From positions 26,164,001 through 26,228,000 of the forward strand of contig OX597824.1 of the NCBI GenBank assembly GCA_951406725.2: 64,000 nucleotides of DNA, in the 5' to 3' direction. The DNA is from Octopus vulgaris (Eukaryota). Shown piece after piece: positions 63,819 to 64,000 of the stretch. The position numbers were made by a program, and so were the translations under genes. Below the pieces are notes generated by a model. That model was not told the DNA's origin, ran no database searches, and was given only the letters and a program-made list of their open reading frames with translations. Within the stretch, counting starts at the first letter, position 1; each line of letters opens with the position of its first letter.

Positions 63819-64000
<182 letters not shown>

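Overview
Eukaryotic, AT-rich animal genomic DNA packed with microsatellites and retroelements. The repeat landscape suggests a coleoid cephalopod, probably an octopus (inference; no search run). One host gene can be fully reconstructed: a 12-exon minus-strand mitochondrial processing peptidase beta subunit gene (PMPCB/MPP-beta, M16 family, intact HFLEH), CDS 29238->5412, 1446 nt, 481 aa, with all introns GT-AG and phases consistent. The rest is mobile DNA: CR1-like, L1/Tx1-like, RTE and Penelope-like retroelement fragments, degraded hAT and Tc1 transposons, MITEs, non-autonomous Helitrons, several modular tRNA-derived SINE families and a (TAA)n-embedded element. I found no host exons from about 30 kb to 64 kb. 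The most interesting signal is a set of sequence-unrelated type I hammerhead-ribozyme-like motifs with palindromic helix III. The best case is a near-identical tandem repeat of 534-bp period (45668-46635) with a canonical hammerhead in each unit, close to a Penelope RT fragment (retrozyme/pseudo-LTR architecture). Two further motifs lie in sense orientation inside PMPCB introns. Two SINE families also share their 3' tails with LINEs present in the window, one with the CR1-like element and one with the L1/Tx1-like element.
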